Assembly (NCBI RefSeq): GCF_006345805.1
Contig: NC_043001.1
Coordinates: forward strand, 97,402,001-97,466,000
Reading direction: 5' to 3'
Length of the DNA: 64,000 bases
Origin: Octopus sinensis
Taxonomy: Eukaryota
Under the pieces are notes generated by a model. The model saw only the letters and a program-made list of their open reading frames with translations, made no database searches and had not been told where the DNA came from. The position numbers and the translations under genes were made by a program. Below, piece by piece: positions 13,601 to 27,817 of this stretch. Position 1 is the stretch's first letter. Each line of letters begins with the position of its first letter.

Positions 13601-15659
13601 TTCAACGTATGTCATTTAAAAAGAACCGGTATATTTGAAAATAAATGTCTATGATAGAATTAGAAATGTATATAATCTAAGAAACAAAGTTAAATGGTGG
13701 ATAGATTGAAAGCAGATATATGAAAATGCTTCAATATGTCTGATGCTGAGCAGAATATCTAGGCAAAATACAGACATACATCACAGCAGTTTCTCTTTTA
13801 TATAAGTAAAATTAATATAAAATATTTGAAACGTTTTTTCGCAGAAAATAATGCTCACTTATTTTAGTGTTATATCCTGCGCCTATTCTGGACATGTGGC
13901 CTTTGGCTAAGTTGACAAAGAGCTCATGAAAACTTATAAAAATTTTGGGATTCCAAGAGAAAACAATTTAAATTAGTAAGATTACTGCTGTCAAATTATC
14001 TACAAAGCACAATAGACGATCACCATCATTACAGTATGTGATGAGATTGGCACCGAAAATCAATTTATCTACAACTCTCAAAAAATGCACTCTATACTAT
14101 TGTAATCGAAGTGAAATGTTCCAGCCAATATATCTTGGAAATAGGCGGTCCCTGTAAGATGCTCTGGCGCAAAATTCCGCGAATTTCTACAAGTAATATG
14201 GGACGTTCGTTGATCTACTATAGATTATGACACCTACGCTATAAAAACCTTACAATGATCGTTGTAGCATTTTAAAGTGAATAAGTGGGTGTTAAGGGTG
14301 CTGTTCTACCTCGCCTCCGATGTCTAACTCACGTCTAGCGTTGAAGCAGCACTATAATCATTTCAGCTTGTTCAAATGTCACAGTATCAGACCGGCCTGG
14401 GGCTATCCACCAGCGTAGATAACAAAGCTCCACAACAACATTATGAGCTTTGTTGGTTTAGACATTGTGACTCTTGGCCAAATGTTTCTATCATCCTCGA
14501 ACCCCGTTTTTGATACCCAGAATTACGTGTCGAATGGGCAACCGTAATTAAGGTCACTATCTGTTCCATCTTTTCAAAATGCTTCAATATCTTCGCTACA
14601 AATTGAGACACCTTCAATTCATGACGGCATGACATTTTGACTTCAACAGGAATTAATTCATTGGTTAGCTCATCAATTTTCTGCAATTAAACACCGGGTG
14701 CATGTGGAAGAATATCGCTGTTACATGTGAATTGAGAAACTCCTTCCTATTATAATTTAAGTGTTGTATTAAAGCTCTACGTTTCCTGAATGTATATTAT
14801 TACTGCATTCTTTTCGTGTTATTAATGATGTCTCTTTATTACGCTAATGATTATTGTCGCTCGTTAGTATTGTTATTTCTTTCTTTCAGATTCACTGTCG
14901 GCTATTGTTGTGGGACAAATAATGGTCCTTTCAATTAAGAATTTCAATTCTCATTTAATGGCCTTTTCTGTCCACCGATTTTAATTCATCTAAATAGATG
15001 AGGGTTCCTGATGAGGCAGATATAATCCCTAACCAGAAATATGCTGAAGTAGATTCAAATAGACATTCTACCTAGTTTCTTCATCTAACTACGCACACAG
15101 AACTCTGCTCCTGATTGGACACTTCACATTAATCTGTACACGCCAAAGGCATTAATTCATTGTTGTTTTTACACGGGCTTATGTAATGTAGTGGCATTCG
15201 AATACTTTCCTAAGTATGTCACATAAAGCATATGGAGAATTAGAAGATAAGAAAACTATCCATATCTAATGCGATCATTATAGCTTACGAATGTCTGAAT
15301 ATGTGAAAATCTTTGGTAAAGACAGCACACCCAAAAGTAAGTAAATCTTCATTCTGTTACGTCATACGTGACAAACATTTAATGTCGATTTTCGCGTGCC
15401 CGTAGTGTGATTATTGATATTTGAGCAACACGGAAGAATGTATTATTATGTCAAAGAAGTGCTCATGGGTTATTCTGATACCTGCTAGGTCTGCTATGGT
15501 ATTTTTCCCGCAAGCCTCGCCATCTCTGTGTGCTAGTTTTTATTCTATAGCCGTTTTCCTAAAAACAGCAGTCATATCTACTGCATATACACACAACCAT
15601 CCTCCCCGAAAAGGATGACACTTTTGTAAACTTTATATACGTATACGTGCAGGAGTGGT

Positions 15660-17995
15660 TGTGTGGTTGTGAGGACGTACTCCAGTATATATCTGAGTAT
15701 TGTGTCATTCGGGTGCTCATATAAAATGCGGATGTGAGATTGAGCCAGTGCACCTCCATGCTGGTCTTTGGCATGTTAGTAGATTATAGAGGACTGGTTT
15801 GCGACGTGATATTGTCTCAAACGTACATTTAGTCTCGCCGCAATGCTTATTGGTATCTCACTTGTTCTATGCACCTTATGCATCCTGTATGCACCTTATG
15901 CTGTAGATTAAATTTCCAGTTTTACAGCTAATGCCAGGGTTAATCTTACATGTCATGCAGTTATCATTGGTGCATGTGGTATTCCCAAAGGGGTACGTCC
16001 CACATAGTTCTGATCTGATAGAGCTCGCTGGTTTTTCTACGATCTAAATGTTGAGTTTGGCCTCCTTCAGAGCATTCCTAAAATTGGGGCTAGTTCTCCA
16101 TGAGCTGTGGCCTCTACAAACACCAGTCCTTGAGATTTGTCGGTCGTGTACCACTTGTTCCCCTTGTTTACTTTTGTCACAAACTTTCTGTATGCGATTC
16201 CAGTTTCTACTTCTATATCTAGGGCAGGTACCACTAGTTTCATTACATATGATCCTATCGAACTTCTTTGTAGCCCCAGTGTATACCCGGACCCTTTTTT
16301 TCTAGTCATATCTATACGTGTCTCTTTGTTTCATAGGGTTTGCAAAGAAGGTACACGTAGTTCATTATTCTAATTGAGTCTGCTATCGGTATGTTGATTT
16401 TCATGTTGTGTGGCAAAGTTGAATTCTTGTGAACAACATATTTCGAATCTATGGCTTGCATGTAATAGGAATGGAGGGACAACTCCCAGTTGTTCACTGT
16501 CTCTAACCAAAGTTAACTTTCAAGGACAGAGTGTCTATTGCTAGGATACTTAGCAGTGTAATCTATAGTTACCTTGATACTTTGGTAGATGGAGTTGGGT
16601 ACGTGCTGGATACTCTCTATTATGCTCTTCTTGATTTCTACATTACAGTTACTAGAGTTTATCCTAATTAGAAAATTAATGCCATCTGCATACTTACAGT
16701 AACATAAAACAGCAGTGGATTGTCCGGCTGAGGATTGTTTAAGTTTTCTTTCCCATCAAGTCATGAAGAGGCCGGCCACATCTCGAGCCACACCGACACT
16801 AATGGCTTGAAACTTGAACCTGCATGTATAATTTCTTGTTAAACTTTACTATGTGTTTTTCTTTTCAAGGTGGTTCTTATACTAGCCCCTATTGTATGTG
16901 CAATCATTCTTTTCAGCTGATTGTTGTTCTCAGGGTCCTTGGTGGGTATGATTCAGCCACTCCAGCAATCTGCGGTACTTTTCGTCACTGCCGAGATGAT
17001 TGTGGGTGGTCTTCCTCATTGGTGGGGCAGGATCTACTTAGGTCCCCACTGGTGACCTGGTGGGGCAGTCTACATAGGGCACGCTTGTCTAGGTTGCTCA
17101 GCTCCCTTGTGTTGACTTCATGGAACTCTACTTCGCTCTCACAGATAATCTCAATGCATTTTCCCACAGGCAAATCTATGTCTATAGAAGGGTAGAATGA
17201 AATTTCATCCATACTACCCACTACATCAACTTTGAGGTCGTTGGAGAGGCCGCAACTACTGATCCTGCTGAGAAGATACTCCGTGCTTACACAGACATCT
17301 TGAGACATTTCAGTGAGTGGTCTTGATACCTTTAAGAGGATGTTGGATAGCCTATAATTGCTGGAGATATTCGCTCCGCAAGCTGGCTGAGTTGTGGGGT
17401 CATATAACAGGGTTTACGTAGGGTTTATGGTCCTTATGTAACCTGTACAGCGTAGTTGTTGAATGCTTGGAAATTTTTGTGCAGTCCGTTTCCTAGGTTC
17501 AAGTATGATGCTCCTCATTCCCATGTGTGCATGTAGGAGTTTTTCCACTCTTTCATGTTCCTGTGGTTCAAATTCTGATATGCTACTGGTGTGTTGTTGC
17601 ATGAACTGGACATAGTCCCGTGGGCTGTCTATCGACACTCTGTCAAGTGTGTCCGTAGAAAGACACATTAGTTCCCTAACCCTAATACGCTGCTTCAGTT
17701 TCTGTGGGCCTTTGGCAACAGATGAACTGAGTTGGTGGGTCTCTTCCTCATTTTTCTTTCGTGGTTTTGTTGTACGGGTCGAAGATGTGTCGGAGTTTAT
17801 TTCTAGCTAAGAAAATATTTGCCCCCGTCTCCCTGTCAAACTGTGGTGGGATACATACCCTTTTGTTGAACGGTAATTCTGTAGAGGAAATTCTTGTTTT
17901 GTTGTATGATTTGTTGTTGGGGTTACAGAAGGCAGAGCGTAGAGTGCTACAGATGTTACTCTCGTGGTGGTTGTTATTATGGTTACTGGCTTTAT
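15660..17995 (-). mobile_element. Degenerate Penelope-like retroelement (RT + GIY-YIG), Neptune-like
   Basis: Frameshifted minus-strand pieces: LYRLHKDHKP, VVGSMDEISFYPSIDID (RT motif), AISVGVARDVAGLFM, YADG (YxDD remnant), HKNSTLPHNMKIN; 5' end abuts (TA)n at ~17997. Confidence 0.75.
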
Positions 17996-18047
17996 TGTAT
18001 ATATATATATATATATCTACGCACACACATATATGTATGTATGTGCT

Positions 18048-18384
18048 GAGACCCTCTTCGGTCATGACTGACCATGGGATTGTACCTAGAAAGTTACCCC
18101 CCCCCACCCAGACACAAGTCCGGGCAATGTTGTTTATGGAAGACCAGCAGCCGCCCATGCATACCGGCCCGCCCTCTCTATGACCCCGATATTATCCAAG
18201 GGAAAGGCAAATGCCGATACAGCTTGGCACCTGTGAGGTCACATTTCTACAGATGAGTTAACTGGAGCAACGTAAAATAAAGTGTCTTGCTCAAGAACAC
18301 AACACGCACCTCTGTTCGGGATTCGAACTCACAACCTCACGATTGTAAGCTCGACCCTCTAACCACTGAGCCATGTACCTTCAC
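18048..18384 (-). mobile_element. tRNA-derived SINE family D
   Basis: Minus strand: TGGCTCAGTGGTTAG (A box), GAGTTCGAATCCC (B box), CORE-like TTCTTGAGCAAGACACTT, unique tail. Confidence 0.85.
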
Positions 18385-20661
18385 ATGTGTGTATGTACGT
18401 ATGCATTTATGTATGTATGCATGTATGCATGTGTGTATGTATGTATGTATGTATGTATGTATGTATGTATGTATGTATGTATGTATGTATAATCACCTAA
18501 GTATCCTCGACGATGAATAAGCTACAGCAGATTCCCCCGAACACAGCATTTTGGGCAGCGAATAGCATGAATAATAACTGGACTTGAATTCCACGATATC
18601 AATGTTGCAATAAAAATCCATTTGAACCCAAAATGAACACATTTCAAAATAGAAACATACAATAGAATAATTCCTTCGCGAATCTACAAAACTGTATGGA
18701 AACTACAGAACTGTGCAATTACCAGACCATAATCTGGATCATATTTATTAAAGCAAATAAATGCATTGAACATGTCAGTAAATGTAAACTTTTTATTTGA
18801 GAGGCGCTAAACATATTGATATTAACAGTGATACAGTATATATATATAAAAACTTAGAAAACTTAGATAAAACTTAGATATGTTTCGACCAAAGATTGGT
18901 CCAGGCCATGTCTAACTTAATAGCACCACCTGATAGGATTATTCGAATCCTGTTTAAGTCAAGTTTTGTTTAAGTCAAGTTTTTTTCAAGTAATGAGTTC
19001 TTGTTGGGTGAGTTGTATCAAGTTTTGTTCAAGTAGTGTGTTCTTGTTGGGTGAGTATAATATTCTATATTCTTGGAAAAAACCTTGCATACACACAAAG
19101 TATTCCAAATATTTTGAAGACATCTCTAGTCTAGTCAACCAGTATTTCAGCTACGGCGGCATTTTAACTCAGAACTTAAAGTCGGAAGAAATACCCTTTT
19201 CCTTGTCTAATATTAAAATTCTAAAAACAATTATATTTCACACTGCTATTCCCACGTGAATAGATACGTATATATTATAACTACCAGAAAAACCTAAACA
19301 TATCTACTTCCGTTTATATTCTATCTTGTCCAGTCACGCACAGGATGTACGGCACAACGATTTTGCTGAGTTATTTACTAACATTAATTTTCTGAATAAT
19401 ATACGTTCTAAGGAGTACTTATTCTCAACACTTTTCCAGTACGATTCGACAACTCAACTCATTAATATATACAACAATTAGGAACGCTACATCATATTTC
19501 AAGGATGACCTGCTTTATAGTAGTTTTGTCAATACAATGCATAATTTCCTAATCGCAATACACATAAAAAAATCCTATTTGCTGCTTCGGTTTCAAATTT
19601 ACTTTATCACTTATTCCAATAAAAATATTTCGTCTTGTCAACTTTATTTTCTTGCTTCTCAATCAAACGTTACCGATATTGTTATTGCATCTAAGCCATT
19701 ACGATTGTTGCAGAGCCACTCATTCTTACATGCTAGTATGAAAATACAAAAGCGAATGAAAACTCTTTTATGATCAGCTTTAGAAAAAAAAACATATAAA
19801 ATACAAACGATACTAAAAACAAAAATCACATATATGCACACCTTTTAAATCAAATTTCATAAACTTCAGAGTAGGTGTAATCAAGTTGGCGACGTTTTGT
19901 GTGTTAGAAGATGGTAGTGTTAGCCTATTTCCCAATATATATAAAACAGATTACTGGTAATTTAGTTGCGAAGCAGACATGTATAAAACTGAGGTCAATA
20001 TTGTCTAGAAATATAATATAAGCAGAGAATATTAAATGAAGTTGCTGACACTGAAGTTAAATATTAATTTGCATGAAACAAGCTACCCCATTAATAGAAA
20101 TATAATTCACATGAAGTGTTTTGTAACGAGCAAACGGTAAAACACAGACTTGCATTAAATTTTTATTTTGATTTTCTGCTAAGCGGGAAGCAATTTATAG
20201 GAGCCATTATGGCAAAATAGAAAATTATCTCTGCCAAAAGTTTCCAAATGTATTCGATAATATTGAAAGTTATGTTACATTGTGTATTGAAAAATACAAT
20301 AAACACCGAAAGAAAATTCCTCTTTCTCTCACCATATGTTGTACTAATGACATTTCCTAAACGTTTATTGCCAAAATGCATATTTTGTTATCTCGTACTC
20401 AAAATTTCGCGACAGCTGGTGGGTGAAATATGACGAGGTAATATTTTGGAAACCTGGTAATGTTTAATGATGTTCATCTTTAACATTACTTAGCATGTAC
20501 GTTTAAATCGGTGTGTAAGTATGGTCAAATAATACTGTTCGTCAGGTATGGATATTCTTTGACTCTTCCAATTCCTGGAATGCATTATATTTCTGACATC
20601 ACATGCAGATAAACTTTCTTTTGCTATATTTACGATTACACTATATCATGAAGATGTTTTA

Positions 20662-20893
20662 AGGCGGCAAGCTGGCAGAAACGTTAGCGCGCCGGACGAA
20701 ATATTTAGCGGTATTTCATCTGTCGTTACGTTCTGAGTTCAAATTCCGCCGAGGTCGACTGTGACTTTCATCCTTTCGGGGTCGATAAATAAAAGTATCA
20801 GTTACGCACTGGGGTCGATGTAATCGACTTAATCCCTTTGTCTCTCCTTGTTTGTGCCCTCTATGTTAAGCCCCTTGTGGCAGTAAAGAAATA
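20662..20893 (+). mobile_element. SINE family A monomer
   Basis: Head, one body, tail ending AAAGAAATA; ~20-bp TSD TATATCATGA(A/G)GATGTTTT at 20642 and 20894. Confidence 0.9.
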
Positions 20894-21059
20894 TATATCA
20901 TGAGGATGTTTTAAGATATGGTATTCATAATTAGTGATGTGCTACGTTTTTGAATATGGCGCTCTTAACATTTCGTCATTGAAAAATAGCGATGTGTTAA
21001 TATTTTCTCACTATTTATGTTTAAAAAATTCAGAGATATTCCATTATTCTTCCACTATA

Positions 21060-21660
21060 GGACAATCGGGTGGTTGCAAAATACCTCGCGGTTTTAAGTT
21101 CTAATATACCGATATCAGATTTTCTCACTTCACTAATTTGTATAACGTCTTATAAACTGGTGAGCTAAAGCGGTCGAAGCGAAGTGTTTCAACAAAAAAT
21201 GATGTAATAAATGAATAAATCTCTGTATTTATATTTTGAATAACAGACCCGGATGGCTTATACGATTCAAGTAGCGGCAACATCTTTTTAACATTAAGAT
21301 CCAAGTTGAAATGCATCGGTAAACGCATTAGTAGTGGTCGAGGTTTTTGCAAGGTAGTCGAATATTGTTAAAGGAGACGGCTTATTTCTCCAGTGAATTT
21401 TCAATGTAGCTGAGACCAGACTGTCAGGAAATGAAGAGCAGCCCAGGAGTTCATAGTCGCGGAGGACAAACACTATATCAAGCTTTAAAGCTTCTAAAAG
21501 TATTTCGTGATTTATGACAGGATATGATTTTTGGGATAATTGCAAATTCAAGCCTCTCTAAATTTATTAGTCAGCAAATCCAAGAGCACTTAAGACCATC
21601 CGAAAGAAATCATTTACCTTTATATGGATACCAAGTACCAAAGATAAGGTATGTTCCGTA
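21060..21660 (-). mobile_element. Decayed Tc1/mariner transposase fragment
   Basis: ORF 21294-21551 contains FPDSLVS..IHWRNKPSPLTIFDY, similar to the WPPRSPDLTPLDF motif. Confidence 0.5.
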
Positions 21661-21749
21661 ATGCTTGAAATTTGTTTTACCAATTATTTTCTTCGAGCTA
21701 TGAAGGAGCAGTGTAAAGTAAATTCCATTCGGGGTTATTTATATTTCAG

Positions 21750-21890
21750 ACAAAGGATGAAAGGCATGGTCGACCTCGGCGGAATTTGAACTCAGAACGT
21801 AGCAGCAGAGCGAAATACATATTTCTTTACTACCCACAAGGGGCTAAACATAGAGGAGACAAACGAGGACAGACAAACGGATTAAGTAAA
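21750..21890 (-). mobile_element. Internal fragment of SINE family A spanning a unit junction
   Basis: AAAGGATGAAAGGC...GAAATACATATTTCTTTACTACCC...GGATTAAGT. Confidence 0.8.
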
Positions 21891-22319
21891 TTGCAGTTGA
21901 TTTTTCATCCTAATATCACTGTATTTTGCTTATGCTCTAACATATATCTTCATGAATATTGACATCAGGAAGTGACTTAGTAATCGGAAGCAGAACAAAG
22001 ATACTTTACAATCGAAGAAATATAGGGACTTTTTTGCATTTTTGGTGCAAATAATAAATTGGTATCATTGCAAATAAAATAAATACATAAGTAAAAATTT
22101 TTAAAAATATAAAACGGAACAGATTTAGGGGAAATGGATTACGATGCGTAAAATTATGAAGAAAAGCAACCGCTAAAAATTGACGAGTCAACGGAGTTTC
22201 ATGAATATCGACATCAAGATGAGGCTTAGCAATCGGAACCAGAATCAAGACGTTTCCCGATCGAAAGAAAAAAGGAAGTTTTTGTGCGTCTGAAGTCACT
22301 AGCCCCTTTTTGATGATAT

Positions 22320-22570
22320 AAGCGCATTGCTAACATTTTGGGCGCTGTTCACGATGCTTATGTTCTCCATCCAGTTGTCCTCGATAGCAACAAGAGGAAA
22401 TTTGTTTCAAAGTATTCTAGACAAGCATTTCCGATGCGTTGAAAATCACCGATCTGAATCAGGAACGGTGTGAATTAGAAATGTCTCATGCTGAACCGAT
22501 TATTTTCTGTTCAATATCCTCCAACCCCCACTTGTGGCCAATGCAACTCGTCGACGTCATTAATCAGGCA
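22320..22570 (-). mobile_element. Possible further Tc1/mariner transposase remnant
   Basis: Minus-strand LEDIEQ..RF.HE...HT loosely matches L.D.D...WFQQDGA..HT. Confidence 0.3.
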
Positions 22571-22919
22571 ACGGTCTGTTTTATATTTATTTATTTTTTG
22601 TTTAAGTTTTGGTTCCAATTTTACTTTTCATACACTTTTTTTGGTTTGCTAATTGTATAATTGAATTATAGCGACCGGAAAAATGTTATTAACAAATTTC
22701 AATGAATTTTTAATGCCTTTATTTTTTCTGTTGGACTTCGTATTTTGATGTTAGATGCACAGCTTGGAGTCAGTTATCAACCTAAGGCGAAATGTGCCTT
22801 TCTCTCTCTCTCTATGTACATTTGTTTCTTTATTTGCATGTATGTATGTATCTGTCTATTTATCTTATATATATATATGTATATATATATATATACATAT
22901 TGGATATATATATTCAATA

Positions 22920-23285
<366 letters not shown>

Positions 23286-24264
23286 AGTATATACAGATAC
23301 ATAATACATATTTGAGTTGCCATAATTCTAGTTTGATATTTAATTAACATTAGTGCAATGTCTATTTCCTGTTAAATTTAATTCTGTTAAATAATCATTA
23401 TTAGGGTGTTTTAAGTCTGCATGTTGGGTAGCTTCATTGGTTAATACGTCGGAAAATGATTTGCGTTGCGTGTTCGTTTTCTTTCCCATCTGAATCCAGG
23501 TCGCTTCGAGTATAACTTTGTCTTTCACTCTTTGGTGTGGACAGAACAAAATGGTGATTCTTATTGCTTGTTATTCGGGATATCGAATAAAATTTACAGT
23601 TCTTGAAATAGTTATTGGATATTTTCAATGCGGTGAGGTTGCACAATCGCTGTTGACTAATAAGACTTCTCCACAAGGCCCTAAGTATTGCCTTCCTCAA
23701 CCGACAAAATATCATCCACAGAAGTCCAACATATATTTCTGGCTGCCAGAAATTCTTGTAGTCTTTTCTGTTTATGATAAGTCACTTTCTAAAATTGTTC
23801 GGACTCTTTAGGGCAATAACAATCTCACCAAAAGTATTTATTACAATTTTATCATAAAAAAGTCATGCCCCCTGACATGAAATCATTGACATTCCCTGCA
23901 AATTATCATTGATTTTATTTTTCATAAATCACTCGTTAATCAGTCAGCTACAGCACGTTAGCTCATGAATTGACTAAAGTGATAAACTTGCGTACAAGTG
24001 TGTGTGGGTGGGTGCGTATATGCACGTTAGTGTATATAAACAAATAAATATTCATAGGTAAATATATATATATATGTATATATATATGCACTATGCACGC
24101 ATATACGCTTGACTAATGGAAATATCGCTGCCTCTAGTAATATACGTTTATATCTCAAAACTTATTTATATATTAGAGACATATATTGAATATAGTAGTT
24201 AAATATACACATACACCCACCCACAGGACACATGATATCCATGTGTTTATATATGTATATATAT

Positions 24265-24304
<40 letters not shown>

Positions 24305-24375
24305 CTTTGAATATATTTGAGGTACATGCAAAGAGACGTACAAGAATGCATATATGTATGTGTGAGAATGTGTGC

Positions 24376-24432
<57 letters not shown>

Positions 24433-25069
24433 TTGGGCACAAACGTATACATGCATATGTACATATGTATATACATACACTCTCACACACACGCACTCAC
24501 ACACATACAATCATTCAAAACACTCTCTCACACACACACGCATATATATATATATATACGTTATGCATATTAATTTAGTTGTATTCTGAGACATCGCATA
24601 ACGACATATACGCCATAATACAAGTCAATTTGAATTTGTAATAAGATCGGACAAGTCGGTCTAATAAATCAACAATTTACTGTTTGTATTGACGGCATGA
24701 ATCTTTGAAGACTAATATAAATATATTGGTCGGAGTTAATAAACATTCATCCCCTTATCAAAGGTATGTGAATATGTTCAAACATATATTCACCACTGAA
24801 ACCTGAGAGAATACTTATTCATAGAATGTTCTGCTCTATTCATGTATATTACCATGTCTATATTTACTTCAGCGGATGTATTTCAATTTAATCAATAATT
24901 TGTATTTCTATTTTGAACACCTTACTATCTTCCTCCCCTTTTTTTCTTTATATTCGTAGTTGCGCAGACACAACGTTCTTTCTCTCGGTCGTTCTCGCGA
25001 GATTTCGCCCTCATCCTCCACTCTCTATCTTGATTTTTCTTTTATACGAACACATATATAATTATATAT

Positions 25070-25111
<42 letters not shown>

Positions 25112-25138
25112 AGATGAATATGTATATGTGTATATATA

Positions 25139-25194
<56 letters not shown>

Positions 25195-25218
25195 TACATA
25201 TATATATGTATGTATTCG

Positions 25219-25260
<42 letters not shown>

Positions 25261-25483
25261 GTGTACATCTATCTATATATGTTGTGAGAGAGTTATAAGT
25301 AATGTCGATAGATACAACGTAGGTAAGTAGGTAATTACGCAACAGGTAAATGGTTTGGTAGATTGAGACAGAAATATTTACGTGTATGCAAATATAAAAT
25401 ATTACCTGTTCATTCCTCCACAGCAGTATCCGTACTGTTTCAGAGATACACACACACATACACACAAGACACGCACATATATA

Positions 25484-25586
<103 letters not shown>

Positions 25587-25690
25587 AATATATATATATA
25601 TATACATATAAATATATATATACATATGCATATTTACTTGTATGCATGCCCACATATGTATCTGTGTGTATATATGTGTTTATATATATG

Positions 25691-25780
<90 letters not shown>

Positions 25781-26233
25781 CATATTTAGACAAATGCATA
25801 TGTACGTGGTTTCGTAACCACAAACCTACATACACATGAGTGTGTGCTTGTGTGTTTGTGCGTACAAAGCGATAAAATATCGTAAATTACACGAATGCTT
25901 TTATATATTCACAGATCAATACAACTATACACCGACTTGTATAACCACTCTACAGCCATAATTACTAACATACAATTAGGAGACAATATATTCAGAATAT
26001 GTGATATATCTAATGGTATTTGTACGTTTTGGAATGCGTGTGTACTTGTACGTACTTGTACTTGCCTTTCCATTTGGGTAGGTTTATTACTATATTCGCC
26101 ATCATAGTTGTTTTCAGATGTATCTATAGAATTCTACAGGATAACGATTGCAGTTTGCAATTTGATCCGTCATCGTCTGTAAATAATTATAGAAACGCTG
26201 ATGAAATTTACAGATACGGCAAACGTTTCTCTC

Positions 26234-26286
26234 TGTCTCTAAACATACATTCATCCATATATATATATATATAAATGGAAATATAA

Positions 26287-26332
<46 letters not shown>

Positions 26333-26342
26333 TTATATTTCC

Positions 26343-26384
<42 letters not shown>

Positions 26385-26416
26385 TATATGTATGTATGCA
26401 CGAATGTTTAGAGACA
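26234..26416. repeat. Palindrome centred on a (TA)n tract
   Basis: Perfect inner inverted repeat ATAAATGGAAATATAAAT.../...ATTTATATTTCCATTTAT (26271-26348); outer arms TGTCTCTAAACAT/ATGTTTAGAGACA. Confidence 0.85.
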
Positions 26417-26854
26417 TAGATAAATGTATATATATATATATATATATATACTAAAAATCATACATTCAAGGTAGATACCCGCAAAGGCAAAACACTAAAA
26501 CGATCATATATCAAAACAACACACGTACAAACATGTATATTTGTGTTTAGTGATTAACTCATGATAAAAAGAACTAAGCCATAAAGACATATTTATGTGG
26601 AACCATTCATAAGAGCTTGCACTTCAATTTGTATTTTTTAAATTTAGTATTACTTAAATGATAATCCATCAATGAAACAATTATCCGTCGTCTGCAGAAG
26701 CACACAACATCCTATCATTCTGACGGCGAATGCGTCATGTAAAAGAGAAGTTGTTCTTCTAAAACGGCCTTTATTTGGAAGAAAAATTCTCTACCCAAAT
26801 GAGATTTGCGACACCGATACCTCTCGATAGCGAGCGGTCTATAGTAGTTACTAA

Positions 26855-27085
26855 GATCTTGTTTGGGAAGTCGTTCGTCAGTCATTCTAACCACGTGGCC
26901 GCTCCATCTTAGCTGAAGGAGAAAAGACGGAACAACAACCACGTGCGACTCTCCCTTCCGGCACTAGATGTCCGCACTGTGACCGATCTTTTCGAGCAAG
27001 AATTGGTCTTATCAGTCACCTGCGGACCCACCAATAAATTTGCGCGAAGACCATCATCCTCGACCTTGAGGGATTGCCAAGAGAG
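26855..27085 (+). mobile_element. 5'-inverted, truncated RTE-clade LINE insertion
   Basis: Minus strand 26855-~26917 encodes LQLRWSGHVVRMTDERLPKQ; plus strand encodes CPHCDRSFRARIGLISHLRTH followed by a 3' UTR; perfect 12-bp TSD AGTAGTTACTAA at 26843-26854 and 27086-27097. Confidence 0.9.
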
Positions 27086-27368
27086 AGTAGTTACTAATAA
27101 CGCTACGGGAATCCAAAGCCATTGCAAGAAATAAACCGGTCACTGAACTCTCTGTTACTATAAAATATCACATCGTATCACACTTTTGCTTGTTAACAGA
27201 CTAGCAAAAAAGAAAAAAAAATGTTTTACGGCTGTTTTCTTCCAGAACATCGTAATAGAACCTTATTATATAATATGGTCGATTTGCGTCGCCGCGCTAC
27301 AGGGATATTAACCTCAAACAAACTTGCTTTTAGCCTATAGGCTCACAGCGCTTTTCAGTATTACTGTA

Positions 27369-27817
27369 ACTCTTTTACTCTTTTACTTGTTTCAGTCATT
27401 TGACTGTAGCCATGCTAGAGCACCACCTTTTAGTTGAGCAAATCGACCCCAGGACTTATTCTTTGTAAGTCTAGTACTTATTCTAGCGGTCACTTTTGCC
27501 GAACCGCTATGTTACGGGGACGTAAACACACCAGCATCGGTTGTCAAGCGATGTTGGCGTGACAGACACAGACACACAAACATACACACACACACACACA
27601 CAAACACATATATATATATACATATATACGACGGGCTTCTTTCAGTTTCCATCTACCAAATCCACTCACAAGGCTGTGGTCGGCCCGAGGCTATGGTAGA
27701 AGACGCTTGACCAAGGTGCCTCGCAGAGGGACTGAACAGGGAACAATGTGGTTCGTAAGCAAGCTACGTACCACACAGCCACTTCTACGCCTATGCCACA
27801 CAGCCACTGCTCCGCCT
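27369..27817 (-). mobile_element. SINE family B with a short duplicated head
   Basis: Full-length copy 27369-27792 plus repeat CCACACAGCCACT...CGCCT at 27796-27817. Confidence 0.88.

Noticed and set aside
14000-14750. Possible LTR-retrotransposon gag remnant
   Set aside because: Coding-like composition on the minus strand, but no motif I can name with confidence.
23430-23811. ORF 23518-23811 as a transposase piece
   Set aside because: Only a weak WCG resemblance; no catalytic motifs or TIRs.
26191-26229. GAAACG-CTGATGA...CGTTTC as a hammerhead
   Set aside because: Has CUGAUGA and a possible stem I, but no stem II, GAAA, stem III or cleavage triplet.
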